A program made the translations under genes and the position numbers. A stretch of DNA of 63,704 nt, filler included. It is 5 parts of 5 records of this genome, joined end to end, with 100 filler letters (N's around TTAATTAATTAA, not from the genome) between each part and the next. Parts side by side here need not be neighbours in the genome. Positions count along the whole stretch, not along the records: positions 36,951 to 49,528 come from DRR723986_4985; positions 49,629 to 58,101 come from DRR723986_4996; 3 more parts are not named here. One strand, written 5' to 3'. This document shows positions 47,801-57,319 of this stretch, in pieces. The notes under the pieces were generated by a model. The model worked only from the letters and a program-made list of their open reading frames with translations, made no database searches and was not told the DNA's origin. The number at the start of each line of letters is the position of its first letter. Position 1 is the first letter of the stretch.

Positions 47801-49528
47801 CTATGGCGCTGCTGGTGGCTTTCCAACTCAGTCACAGAGTTGCGGGAGTGCGTGCGGAAGCAGATTCTTCTACGGGGGAACTTCAGCTCGTTCCCAGATG
47901 GCGCAAACCGTTTCTATCCCCAGCAGTCTGCACGCTGCGGTAGACAGAGGTGATGTATTCTTCGAGCTTTCAGCGTATCTCGGAGGATTTGCAACGGATC
48001 GAGACAACGTGGAGGTTCAAGTGATCTCGCGACGTGGATCAGGTAGTGCAATTCGCACACATCCGTCACTTGTTGGACCTGCCCCCTCGACTCGTGGTAA
48101 TCAGACCAAGCTACAGCTTAGGAAGCAGGGATTCGTTGCTGTCCCCGCGAGTACGCGTAGATTTGAAGTTCGAGTTACGTTCAACCGCGTGAATGGTAAT
48201 GACAACGACGGCTACGCGGATAACCTGAGCCTACGGCTGTTCGACCAAAGCCCCAGAACCTACTCCGTCAACAGGACGAACGTCAATGAGTACGTTCTGC
48301 CCGGTTTCAATACAAGTCTCGGTGCATTGGAAAAAGCGGTTGTCACGTTAGACGCTGCAAGCGCTCGGACAGTTTCGGTAGATGGCGGCCGCTTCGAGCA
48401 CGCGCACGATATAGACCTGAATGCTGGGCCGTTTCAGTTTGCTTCAGTCAACTTGACGTCTGCAGAGGCGGTGTCGGACCACGTTCATCAAGCCGACTTT
48501 GCTCCCGTCGAGAAGGTCTTTACGGCACAAGAAGACTTCGCTGCATACTTCTTGAATCCTGGAAGCGTATTAGTAACCCAGGATGATAGCACTTCGACCA
48601 CAGAGCTGTCCCATAGCCATCAAATCGGCGAAAACACAGTTCCAATTCGCAGTGACTTCAACTTTACCTACGACGTGAGCAGTACGCTCATCCGCGTTCA
48701 AAACGCATCGCCGATTATTACGGATCTGCAATTGCCAGAGTCGACCGCGGAGAATTCAGTTGTCAGGCTGACTGGCCAGTTTTCTGACCAAGGGTTCGAT
48801 GATACCCACGAAATCGAAGTGAATTGGGGGGACGGTCAAGTCGAGACCCTGGCGATCCCGTTCGGTAGCACGAGTTTTACAGCGGTTCATCGCTACCGCG
48901 ACGACGATCCGAGCGGTACCGATGGAGACACTTACACGGTCACCGTACGCGTCGAAGATGACGATACGGGGACCGCGCAAACAGTACGCGACATCACGGT
49001 TCTGAACGCAACGCCCGTCCTCAATGCACCGACTAGTTTCAGCATCGGTGAGGGGCAATTGTTTGAGCTTCCTGAAACCAGCTTCTCAGATGCTGGTGTC
49101 TTCGACTCGCACAGCCTGGCGGTCGACTGGGGTGATGGGGAAAGCGAGTTGGCAAGCATCATTTCCAATGCTGGAGCGGGCATCGCGACGGCCAGCCACG
49201 CTTATGCCGACAACGGCAGTTTCAACATTGCGTTGACGCTGAGCGACGACGACGCGGCAACCGACACTGCGATAGTTCCCGTAACGGTGAACAACCTGCC
49301 GCCCGAGATTGAGTCGCTCAGTGGACAACTTTCTGGGGCGGAAGGTGCGAGTTTGGCTTTCACTGCCATTGCAACCGATCCGGGTGCCGACACCCTGACC
49401 TATGAATGGGACTTTGGCGACGGTTCTACTCCCCTTAGCGGATTAGACCTGTCTAGCGTCGAGCACTTGTTTGCTAATGACGGATCATACACAGTTCGGC
49501 TAACGGTGACTGACGACGACGGTGATGC
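44811..49528 (+). CDS. Giant secreted planctomycete protein: LEDRRLLA export motif, alpha/beta-hydrolase-like domain, PKD/Ig repeats, jelly-roll domain (3' truncated)
   Basis: 'RRRLQAELLEDRRLLA', 'VGYSLGG', repeated 'DWGDG..H.Y.DD..V.V.DDD', 'NLLSNPGAQSGLSNW..GYADNLSL'; the frame runs into the spacer. Confidence 0.88.
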
Positions 49529-49628
49529 NNNNNNNNNNNNNNNNNNNNNNNNNNNNNNNNNNNNNNNNNNNNTTAATTAATTAANNNNNNNNNNNNNNNN
49601 NNNNNNNNNNNNNNNNNNNNNNNNNNNN
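49529..49628. other. Artificial contig spacer
   Basis: N44-TTAATTAATTAA-N44. Confidence 0.98.
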
Positions 49629-49832
49629 GGCAAAGAAAAGTGTTACGGCATTTCGCCTGTAGGTGGTAACGATTGTGCGAACCTTGCCGGAACCCACTCC
49701 TGTGCAGGGCAGTCCAAAGTCGCCAACGACCCGGGTGAGTACAAGATTGTCGAGAAAGGCACCTGCGAGGATCTGGGTGGTTTTGACAAGGAAACGGCCC
49801 TGAAAATCATTGCTGAGAAAAGCAAGGGTTAA
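49629..49832 (+). CDS. bufA: Bufferin-type RiPP precursor (DUF2282/BufA1 family), 5' truncated
   Basis: Hand translation, absent from the ORF track: [67 protein letters not shown]. Shows the four-Cys EKCYG/NDC/SCAG/GTC pattern directly upstream of DUF692. Confidence 0.88.
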   Translation, partial: GKEKCYGISPVGGNDCANLAGTHSCAGQSKVANDPGEYKIVEKGTCEDLGGFDKETALKIIAEKSKG

Positions 49833-49837
49833 GCGCC

Positions 49838-50749
49838 ATGAGTAATCGTCAGGCCACAGTCCAGAGCCAGCCGGAACTCAAGAAGACCGCCGTTGGGGTA
49901 GGGCTGCGATCCGAGCACTATCAGGACGTACTGGAACAGGCACCCGCGCTCGATTTTCTTGAGGTTCATTCGGAGAACTTCTTCGGAGACGCCGGCATCG
50001 CTGTCGATCTGCTACAAGAGATCTCGGCCAGCACGCCGATCAGTCTGCATGGCACCTCGGCAGGTCTAGGGTCTCTTGAGTCTGTTCCTGACGATTACCT
50101 CAAAAAACTGAAACGCCTCGTGGAACGGGTGGATCCGGTGCTCGTGTCGGACCACCTGTGTTTTACCTGGGCGAGGATCGGTGGAAGGCTCTTTCACGGT
50201 GGTGATCTGCTACCCATTCCCTACACCAAAGACAGTTTGCAGCATGCAGTGAACAATATTGACCGCGTGCAACAGTACCTTGGCCGTCAGATCGCTATCG
50301 AGAATGTCTGTGCCTACATCGAGTTTGACCAGAGTGATTTCGACGAGGCGAGTTTTCTCAGTGAAATCGTAGCTCGCACGCAGTGTGGCTTGATCCTCGA
50401 TATCAACAATCTGATGGTGAACGCCCGAAATGGGCAAGTCTCAAATCTGGAGAACTTTGTTGATCGCTACGTCGGATCACTCGACCACTCTGCGATCACC
50501 GAGATTCATCTTGCGGGCTCGACGCCCGTGGGTGAAGAAGAGCTGCTGATCGACGACCACGCCTGCCCGGTATCTGAGGCTGGCTGGCAAACCTACGAAC
50601 GCGCACTCAATGCGATCGGCCCAAAGCCCACCTTGATTGAGTGGGATAACAACCTCCCATCCTGGCGCGAGCTTCTTGGGGAGGCTACCAAGGCCAGAAA
50701 GGCTCAGCGCCGGGTACTGGGGAGGGAGCACAGCCATGAATCTCTCTGA
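49838..50749 (+). CDS. bufB: Multinuclear non-heme iron-dependent oxidase (DUF692/MNIO)
   Basis: 'GVGLRSEH', 'FLEVHSENF', 'SDHL', 'IENV', 'LDINN', 'EIHLAG', 'IDDH', 'TLIEWD'. Confidence 0.93.
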   Translation: MSNRQATVQSQPELKKTAVGVGLRSEHYQDVLEQAPALDFLEVHSENFFGDAGIAVDLLQEISASTPISLHGTSAGLGSLESVPDDYLKKLKRLVERVDPVLVSDHLCFTWARIGGRLFHGGDLLPIPYTKDSLQHAVNNIDRVQQYLGRQIAIENVCAYIEFDQSDFDEASFLSEIVARTQCGLILDINNLMVNARNGQVSNLENFVDRYVGSLDHSAITEIHLAGSTPVGEEELLIDDHACPVSEAGWQTYERALNAIGPKPTLIEWDNNLPSWRELLGEATKARKAQRRVLGREHSHESL

Positions 50750-51485
50750 TTACCAGGCTCATTTCCTCGAATTCCTGTTCGGCGGCACGAGCAATCCGGT
50801 GCGGCCCAATTCAGAGGTGTATCGATTTGGGGTTGAGGCAAAGGCAGTTCGAGCCCTCGAGCAAGGTTATCCAACCGTGAGGGCACTGGTAGGCCCTGCC
50901 GACTTTGAAGGGCTGGCCCTCGATTATTTCAGGATGATCCGCAAACAGAGCGGAGACTGGGGCGATTTCGGCTGGGGCTTCCCGAGCTGGATTATCTCGC
51001 ATCGGATCTCAGACCGCGTTCCTTATCTCTCCGATGTGGCGCGCCTCGACAATTACATCGGGCGAGTCGAGAGAAGCCAATATGAAGAGGTGAACGTCGA
51101 CAGCTTCGCCGTAATTGGAGAAGACCTGGCGTCCTGCTCTCTGATTCTCAACAAAGGACTCCAGTTTTTCCGCTCCATGTACCCGGTGGTCAGTATCTGG
51201 GAGGCGCACAAAAGCGAGACACCGAAGGACACACTCAGTTTTGCTCAGGCGAAGAGAATGATCGCCAGGGGCCGAGGCCAGAATGCGCTGATCTATCGCG
51301 CAGGTTGGAAAGGGATGGCGGAACTCATTCCTGAGAAAGACTTATTGTTGCTGGAGTCAGTCAGAAACCAGCGGAGTATTGCCGAAGTCTTTGGCGAGGA
51401 TGTTCTGAAAGACACCAGCTTTACCCATTGGCTGCAAGACATGATCGCAAAAGGCGTCATTGTTGGCGCCAAAGCCATTCATTAA
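50736..51485 (+). CDS. bufC: DUF2063-family MNIO partner protein
   Basis: 'VYR..ALEQGYPTVRALVG..F', 'PYLSDVARLD', 'SMYPVVSIWEAH'; overlaps the MNIO stop. Confidence 0.85.
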   Translation: MNLSDYQAHFLEFLFGGTSNPVRPNSEVYRFGVEAKAVRALEQGYPTVRALVGPADFEGLALDYFRMIRKQSGDWGDFGWGFPSWIISHRISDRVPYLSDVARLDNYIGRVERSQYEEVNVDSFAVIGEDLASCSLILNKGLQFFRSMYPVVSIWEAHKSETPKDTLSFAQAKRMIARGRGQNALIYRAGWKGMAELIPEKDLLLLESVRNQRSIAEVFGEDVLKDTSFTHWLQDMIAKGVIVGAKAIH

Positions 51486-51497
51486 GAGGAGATTGAC

Positions 51498-51953
51498 ATG
51501 AAAACGTTGGCATACAGTTTCTATGGTTTGAACGATTCGGTTCAGCGACTGATTGGCAGCCTGCTACCCATTGCACTGCTTCTCGGGCGGCTTTATGTGG
51601 CCTGGGTCTTTTTTAAAGCTGGTCTCACAAAGATTGATGACTGGGGAACCACGCTGTTTCTGTTTGAGGAAGAATACAGTGTTCCGCTGTTGAGCCCCGA
51701 GTTTGCGGCCTTCCTGGCGACCTTTGGTGAACTGGTTTTTCCGGTGTTGCTGGTCATTGGCCTGTTTTCCCTGGTGTCTTCGCTGGGTCTGTTCGTCATC
51801 AACATTGTTGCGGTAATCAGTCTTGAAGCGATCGCGCCAGCAGCGGAACTGTATCACGTGGTCTGGGGCTTGATCCTGATGGCTCTGGCTATGTGTGGTC
51901 CGGGTGTGTTCTCCCTGGATAAGCTGATTGGCGACCGGTTGAGAAAAGCCTGA
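51498..51953 (+). CDS. bufD: DoxX-family membrane protein
   Basis: 'RLYVAWVFFKAGLTK..W..T..LF..EY', 'ELVFPVLLVIGL', 'GPGVFSLD'. Confidence 0.88.
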   Translation: MKTLAYSFYGLNDSVQRLIGSLLPIALLLGRLYVAWVFFKAGLTKIDDWGTTLFLFEEEYSVPLLSPEFAAFLATFGELVFPVLLVIGLFSLVSSLGLFVINIVAVISLEAIAPAAELYHVVWGLILMALAMCGPGVFSLDKLIGDRLRKA

Positions 51954-52082
51954 TCCATAATCGTTTATGCCTTGGCGTATTCGGTTTCCATCCTCGTATT
52001 GAAATTGTCCGCCGAATACGCCCTTTATTCTGAAATGGAGAGCGTCGCTCTTTCCCGCGCGACGCTTTCTGGGTAACGGAAA

Positions 52083-52553
52083 TCAAAGCCCCAGTTCACT
52101 CAGACCCGGGTGGTCGTCTGGGCGCCGCCCCAGAGCCCAACGGAAAAGCCGATCTGACTCGTTGATGGGGCTGTCGTTGATGCATGCGAATCGACGCTGC
52201 ATGAGACCGTCCGCATCGAACTCCCAGTTTTCATTGCCATATGAGCGGAACCAGTTTCCGCTGTCGTCATGCCACTCGTAGGCATATCTCACGGCAATGC
52301 GGTTGTCGGTGTAGGCCCAGAGTTCTTTGATCAAGCGGTAATCCAGTTCTCGATTCCATTTTCGGGTAAGGAATTCTTCGACCTCCTTGCGGCCGTTGGC
52401 GAACTCCGCCCGGTTGCGCCAGCGCGTGTCCTGGGTGTAGGCGAGGGCAACCTTCGCAGGCTCCCGGCTGTTCCATCCATCTTCGGCAAGGCGGACTTTT
52501 TCAATGGCGGTTTCCCGGGTGAAGGGAGGTAGTGGTGGCCGTTGGGTGCTCAT
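52083..52553 (-). CDS. DUF1348 / SnoaL-like NTF2-fold protein
   Basis: '[24 protein letters not shown]', '[12 protein letters not shown]', '[10 protein letters not shown]'. Confidence 0.9.
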   Translation of the reverse strand: MSTQRPPLPPFTRETAIEKVRLAEDGWNSREPAKVALAYTQDTRWRNRAEFANGRKEVEEFLTRKWNRELDYRLIKELWAYTDNRIAVRYAYEWHDDSGNWFRSYGNENWEFDADGLMQRRFACINDSPINESDRLFRWALGRRPDDHPGLSELGL

Positions 52554-52599
52554 ATAGTTTCTCCAGTTTTAGTAAATCACAGTTGGAAGGCCGCCTGTC

Positions 52600-53211
52600 T
52601 TAGAGCAGGGTAGTCAGCTCGTCTCGGGCACGGTGCAGGATGACGCGGAGGTTTCCGTGGGAAATCTGCAATACCTCAGATACCTGCGAACCGGTGAGCG
52701 GGCTCATGCCCTTCAGCAGAATCGCATTGGCGTGCTCCGGGTTCATGTTCTTCATTACAGCGCGAATGCGTTCCTGAGCCTTTGCAGTCTGGGTAGCCAA
52801 CTCAGGTTCGCTAAGATGCCCGGCGGTGCCACCAAACTGGTTGTCTGGTGAGTTGTCGGATAACAAAGCGAGGCTTGGCGAGGCAGGAAATTCTCTTCGG
52901 TTTTTACGATACGTGTTGAAGGCTTTGTTGGTGACGATCCGGCACAGCCAGGTTTTCAGTGACGAGCGGCCCTCGAAAGATGCGATGGCTCCAATCGCAG
53001 CCATCCAGGCCTCCTGCGCGATATCTTCAGCAACGGCCGCAGAGGTGTACTTGGCAGCTACTCGCAGCATTACCGGATGGTATCTCCGATAAGCCTCATC
53101 AAAGGCCCTCGGGTGGCCCGCTTGCAAGCCATCAATCAAGCCTGCGTCATGCTCAAAAGTCGCTTCCTTCCGGGTGACTTTAATCTGGATGTCCATCCTG
53201 CTCGTCTCCAT
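52600..53211 (-). CDS. ECF sigma-70 factor
   Basis: Region 2 'AEDIAQEAW..FEGRSSLKTWLCRI..N' and region 4 'VSEVLQISHGNLRVILHRAR'. Start codon uncertain. Confidence 0.82.
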   Translation of the reverse strand: METSRMDIQIKVTRKEATFEHDAGLIDGLQAGHPRAFDEAYRRYHPVMLRVAAKYTSAAVAEDIAQEAWMAAIGAIASFEGRSSLKTWLCRIVTNKAFNTYRKNRREFPASPSLALLSDNSPDNQFGGTAGHLSEPELATQTAKAQERIRAVMKNMNPEHANAILLKGMSPLTGSQVSEVLQISHGNLRVILHRARDELTTLL

Positions 53212-53299
53212 GCCGTTTTCATTGGTGGTTCGCAAATGAAACCGACGACAGCGCCAGTCAAAAAATACCCTGTTTCACTCTGCAAGCTGGCATTTCCCG

Positions 53300-53344
53300 A
53301 AATAGACAGGTCGGTCTATTTTTAATGGTAGACAGATTTGTCTA
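53300..53344. promoter_or_regulatory. Two palindromic TetR operators (TAGAC-N6-GTCTA, NemR-box-like)
   Basis: AAATAGAC-AGGTCG-GTCTATTT (53300-53321) and TAGACA-GATT-TGTCTA (53329-53344), between the divergent sigma and tetR genes. Confidence 0.8.
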
Positions 53345-53387
53345 TTTTGGTCAAGATGTATTCAATGAATAAGTTGGAGGTTTGCCG

Positions 53388-53957
53388 ATGGGGCGCAGAC
53401 AGGATCTGATCGATACAGCACTAAGACTGTTTTATGAGCATGGAATACACGCCATCGGCATTAACCAGGTGCTGCAGGAAGCGGGTGTTGCAAAGCAAAC
53501 GCTCTATAATCATTTTGAGAGCAAAGACAGCCTGGTAGAGGCTGCCGTTGAGCACCGGGACAAACTTTTTTTTCAATGGCTTGAGTCGCGAATGAACAGC
53601 CAGCCGGCGGGAAGAGAGGCTCTGATGGAGATGTTTGATGCGATTCACGACTGGTTCAATGACCGAGTTCCGTCACTCCAGCGTTTCTACGGTTGTTTTT
53701 TCATCAACACCTGCGGTGAGTATGGCGACCCGAACCACCCGGTCCACAGACGCTGCGCGGCGCATAAAACAAAAGTTTTCGAACTCCTGAAGCGGCACGC
53801 TCTGGAAATCTGCACTTCAGGAACTGAAGCAGAAGAGCTTGCCAATGCACTGTTTTTGTTGAAGGAGGGGGCCATTGTTAAGGCCCATGTTGAAGGTGAT
53901 CTGGATGCTGCGCTGAAGGCAAAAGCGATTGCCTCGAGGATGATTTCGCCGCACTGA
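53388..53957 (+). CDS. TetR/AcrR-family regulator
   Basis: 'ALRLFYEHGIHAIGINQVLQEAGVAKQTLYNHFESKDSL', 'GCFFIN'. Confidence 0.92.
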   Translation: MGRRQDLIDTALRLFYEHGIHAIGINQVLQEAGVAKQTLYNHFESKDSLVEAAVEHRDKLFFQWLESRMNSQPAGREALMEMFDAIHDWFNDRVPSLQRFYGCFFINTCGEYGDPNHPVHRRCAAHKTKVFELLKRHALEICTSGTEAEELANALFLLKEGAIVKAHVEGDLDAALKAKAIASRMISPH

Positions 53958-53983
53958 GAGTCAGCGCGGCGAAATCAGGGTGG

Positions 53984-54229
53984 TTAACGATACCTGGAAA
54001 AGGGCACATTCAGCCCGGAGGGTTTCTGGCAATCCTGCTCGCTGGACAGCTTGCCAAGCATGAAAACGCAGAACGGAACGCAGTAGGTCAAAGCTGCCGG
54101 CAGCCACTGAATTTTCTCATATCCGAACAACGCATCGTGCTGGTTGATCACCAGCAGGATCGTACCGACCACAACGGCAACCTTTGCCGCCTGTGTGTGG
54201 TAGCGCCGGAGTAATTCAAGCAACTGCAT
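53984..54229 (-). CDS. Small membrane protein, NrtS-like
   Basis: '[23 protein letters not shown]' resembles the NrtS family; overlaps the end of the upstream reductase. Confidence 0.65.
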   Translation of the reverse strand: MQLLELLRRYHTQAAKVAVVVGTILLVINQHDALFGYEKIQWLPAALTYCVPFCVFMLGKLSSEQDCQKPSGLNVPFSRYR

Positions 54230-55637
54230 GGGGCGCCTCCTTGAGTTGCGTCTCTTTCAGCTTTTCCGAAGCATCCCGGAAGGCGGTGCGAACACCTTCC
54301 TCAATAACCGGGTGATAGAAAGGCATCCCGAGTATCTCGTGTACCGTAAGAGACTGCTGCACGGCCCAGGCCAGCAGGTGGCCAATATGCTCCGCAGCCG
54401 GTCCAAACATTTCTGCGCCCAGTAGAATACCGCTATGCTTGTCTGCGTAGACCTTCAGCATTCCCTGGTTTTTGGCCATTACCCGGCTTCTTCCCTGATT
54501 GTGGAAGCTCACCTTCCCGGTAATGAAGCTTTGTGGCACCAGTTCCTGGGCTCGCTTGCCCACGCTGGCAATCTGGGGGGCGGAGAAGACAACGCCCAGC
54601 CCGGCACGTCGATGGCCGGTCGCCACATTGGGAAAGGTTCCCGCGTTGCTGCCCGCTATACGCCCCTCATCGGAGGCCTCGTGCAACAGGGGCAGCTCGT
54701 TGTTGGCATCACCGGCAATAAAGATGTGCGGTGCACTGGTTTGCATGGTTAATCGATCGAAGACAGGAGCGCCGCGGGTGTCCAGCGCGATTCCGGTATT
54801 TTCGAGGCTGAGCTTGTCAGTATTTGGTAGGCGGCCGGTTGCCGCCAGTACATAGACAACCACTACCGTTTGAGCGATGCCTCCTTGCGTGCGGTAGGTG
54901 ACCTGAACACCGTTCAGGGCTTCTTTTGCTACAAGGACCTCCGCATGAAGGACGAGATCAAATTCGGACTGGAAAGTATCCGCCGCAATTCTCCGGATTT
55001 CGGAGTCGGCAATTCCGCCAATCGATTCGTTGCGCGACAGCATTGTAACGTCAACGTTTAGCCGGCTCAGAGCTTGCCCCAACTCGAGTCCAATAACGCC
55101 TGTGCCGACGACGAGTACGGACTGCGGAAGTTGCTCCAGCTCGAATACATCGTCGTTAGTTAGCAGGCGTTTTCCCGCACCTTCGAGTACTTCAGGAATA
55201 AACGGTCTGGAACCCGTTGCAATAATAATCCTGTCGGCGGTAATTTCGAGCCCGTTATCTATCTGCAAGCGATGGGCGTCGAGAAACCGGGCGTAACCAC
55301 GGACCTTGTGGCTATCATCAAAGTCGTCGACGTCTTCGACAACAAACCCGACGAAGCGGTCGCGTTCTCTCCTTACCCGGTCAAGTACCGCCGCACCGTC
55401 GGTTTCGACGGTCGGCACATTGAGTCCGAATACCCCCGCATGCTTTGCGCCGTGGGCGGCCTCGGCAGCGGCAATTAAAAGTTTACTGGGCATGCAGCCT
55501 ACACGGGCGCAGGTGGTGCCATAGTGGCCACCCTCTATCAGCGCGATGCTGTCGGTATGTTTGCGAGCTTCCCGATAGGCACTCATACCTGCCGTGCCCG
55601 TGCCAATGATGGCAACATCCACTTTTCGTTTGAGCAT
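54216..55637 (-). CDS. Pyridine nucleotide-disulfide oxidoreductase (dihydrolipoyl dehydrogenase-like)
   Basis: 'IIGTGTAG', redox centre '[12 protein letters not shown]', 'GTGVIGLE', C-terminal 'YHPVIEE'. Confidence 0.92.
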   Translation of the reverse strand: MLKRKVDVAIIGTGTAGMSAYREARKHTDSIALIEGGHYGTTCARVGCMPSKLLIAAAEAAHGAKHAGVFGLNVPTVETDGAAVLDRVRRERDRFVGFVVEDVDDFDDSHKVRGYARFLDAHRLQIDNGLEITADRIIIATGSRPFIPEVLEGAGKRLLTNDDVFELEQLPQSVLVVGTGVIGLELGQALSRLNVDVTMLSRNESIGGIADSEIRRIAADTFQSEFDLVLHAEVLVAKEALNGVQVTYRTQGGIAQTVVVVYVLAATGRLPNTDKLSLENTGIALDTRGAPVFDRLTMQTSAPHIFIAGDANNELPLLHEASDEGRIAGSNAGTFPNVATGHRRAGLGVVFSAPQIASVGKRAQELVPQSFITGKVSFHNQGRSRVMAKNQGMLKVYADKHSGILLGAEMFGPAAEHIGHLLAWAVQQSLTVHEILGMPFYHPVIEEGVRTAFRDASEKLKETQLKEAPHAVA

Positions 55638-55667
55638 GCTTGCTCTCCTCTATGTCTCTGGGATTGT

Positions 55668-55961
55668 TCACACCGTTTGTGCGTGATCAGTTGCCTGGGC
55701 AGCATGGCGCTGAAGGAAGCGGACGATGTCCTGGGATTTGTAAAGCCAACGCACCTCTTTGTTCGATTCGATTCTGAGGCAGGGAACCTGTGCTCTGCCG
55801 CCTCCTTTGATCAGTTCAGCCCGATAGGCCGGGTTTCGGGCGATATCTCGTTCTTCCACTTTGATGTCGATGTGCTTCATCGCGGAGCGCGTGTATGCGC
55901 AAAAAGGGCATGAGCGATAGTGGTACAGAGAGAAAGATGTGGTTTGCGAACTGACGGACAT
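55668..55961 (-). CDS. Glutaredoxin-family protein
   Basis: 'SCPFC', 'GGRAQVPCLRI', 'WLYKSQDI'. Confidence 0.88.
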   Translation of the reverse strand: MSVSSQTTSFSLYHYRSCPFCAYTRSAMKHIDIKVEERDIARNPAYRAELIKGGGRAQVPCLRIESNKEVRWLYKSQDIVRFLQRHAAQATDHAQTV

Positions 55962-56157
55962 GGGTTGTCTCCTTCGTCGTGAATGTGCCTGCCATTCTCT
56001 GCTCTTTGGTCGGAATGGAGGCAGCAGGACGGTCGGAATAGTTGTCCATCTGTTTGAGGGATCGTTGCTGGCGAGTTGTTTGTGCAGGAAACCGGTAATT
56101 CACACTGCGTAAAACGCACCGTCCCTGGTGCCAAGACGCAAATAAAGGAGCTAAAGC

Positions 56158-56409
56158 TTAACCGTGGCTTTCGGGCTGAACCTGGCCGCGGATAACAATC
56201 TGACCGCTGTATGGGGCCGGTTTTGCTGCATGGTTCTCAGTGTCGCGATCCTGAATTTCACCGCGAATCACGATCTGTCCGCTATAGGGGGCGGGCTGAG
56301 CCTGCTCCGAGCGGGCTTCATCGGATTTGCGGTCTGCCAGGGTTGCGTTGGCGGGCAGGGCTGCGGCTGCAAAGACTGAAGCCAGAGTGATGAGTACAAA
56401 TTTACGCAT
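56158..56409 (-). CDS. Small secreted protein (83 aa) with a duplicated PAPYSGQIVIRG motif
   Basis: GGAG RBS, Sec signal 'MRKFVLITLASVFAAAALPANA', and two identical 12-aa repeats encoded by different synonymous codons. Confidence 0.8.
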   Translation of the reverse strand: MRKFVLITLASVFAAAALPANATLADRKSDEARSEQAQPAPYSGQIVIRGEIQDRDTENHAAKPAPYSGQIVIRGQVQPESHG

Positions 56410-56591
56410 AACACGTTCTCCAAAGTTCGATGGGTTAATGCTCATACCGGTGTCGCCAATGGACTCGATATCAGATGGAGCGAAGTATGGAGCTGTAAAG
56501 TCGAAACAAATAATTCCCAAACGGTATGCAATACATCATGCTTGGTGATGAGTGTTGAATATTTCAGGTCATGGGGTGAACGTATAACTAC

Positions 56592-56611
56592 TTATCCATA
56601 AGCATGGATAA
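56592..56611. promoter_or_regulatory. Palindromic operator candidate in the divergent promoter region
   Basis: TTATCCAT-AAGC-ATGGATAA, with perfect 8-bp arms. Confidence 0.5.
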
Positions 56612-56864
56612 TGTTTTGAGTACCTGCGATTGATCAGCCCTGAGCGCCAACCGGAAAATCAACCAGATTTATCGACACACTTTTCGGAGTTGGTTGTGAA
56701 TTCCCAGTGTCTGGTGCCGGTTGGGCCGGTATGTAACAAGCGGCTGGGAGGGGTAGGCCGGAAATCATCATTGCAGGAAATGCAACTTATACAATCCCGC
56801 AATTGGTTTTCATGGGCAGAAAGCTTCAATGTTTGAATCAGGTTCAAATGGAGGAGATTTGCCG

Positions 56865-57188
56865 ATGAACAGCATAATAGAAGTAACAGATGTGAATTTT
56901 GAGCAGCAGGTTGTGAAGAGCGATCGGCCTGTGCTCGTGGACTTTTGGGCGCCCTGGTGTGGCCCCTGCAAGACGGTTGCACCAATGCTTGAGGAAATCG
57001 CAGACGAGTTTGGTGAACAACTGACGATTGCCAAAGTAAACGTGGATGACAGCCCGGACATTACTGCTAAAATGCGTATCCGGGGCATTCCGACTCTGTC
57101 CCTGTTCCAGGGCGGCGGTGTTGTTGCCCAAAAGACAGGGGCTGGCAGTCTCAGTGAGCTACGGGCATTTGTAAAAAGCCACCTTTGA
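56865..57188 (+). CDS. trxA: Thioredoxin
   Basis: 'VLVDFWAPWCGPCK', 'IRGIPTL'; GGAGGAG RBS. Confidence 0.95.
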   Translation: MNSIIEVTDVNFEQQVVKSDRPVLVDFWAPWCGPCKTVAPMLEEIADEFGEQLTIAKVNVDDSPDITAKMRIRGIPTLSLFQGGGVVAQKTGAGSLSELRAFVKSHL

Positions 57189-57319
57189 TGCACATAAAAG
57201 CCTCCAGAACGGGGGCTTCTTCGTTTGAGTGGTGAACATCGCCCTTGACGGAATGCCGCAATTGCGGTCGAGTCATTTGCCAGCCAGAATTGACCGGTGC
57301 TCAGGATCAGGAACGTTAA

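Noticed and set aside
54216-55637. Calling the flavoprotein lpdA or merA
   Set aside because: There are no E1/E2 genes nearby and no C-terminal Cys-Cys pair as in MerA, so the substrate is left open.
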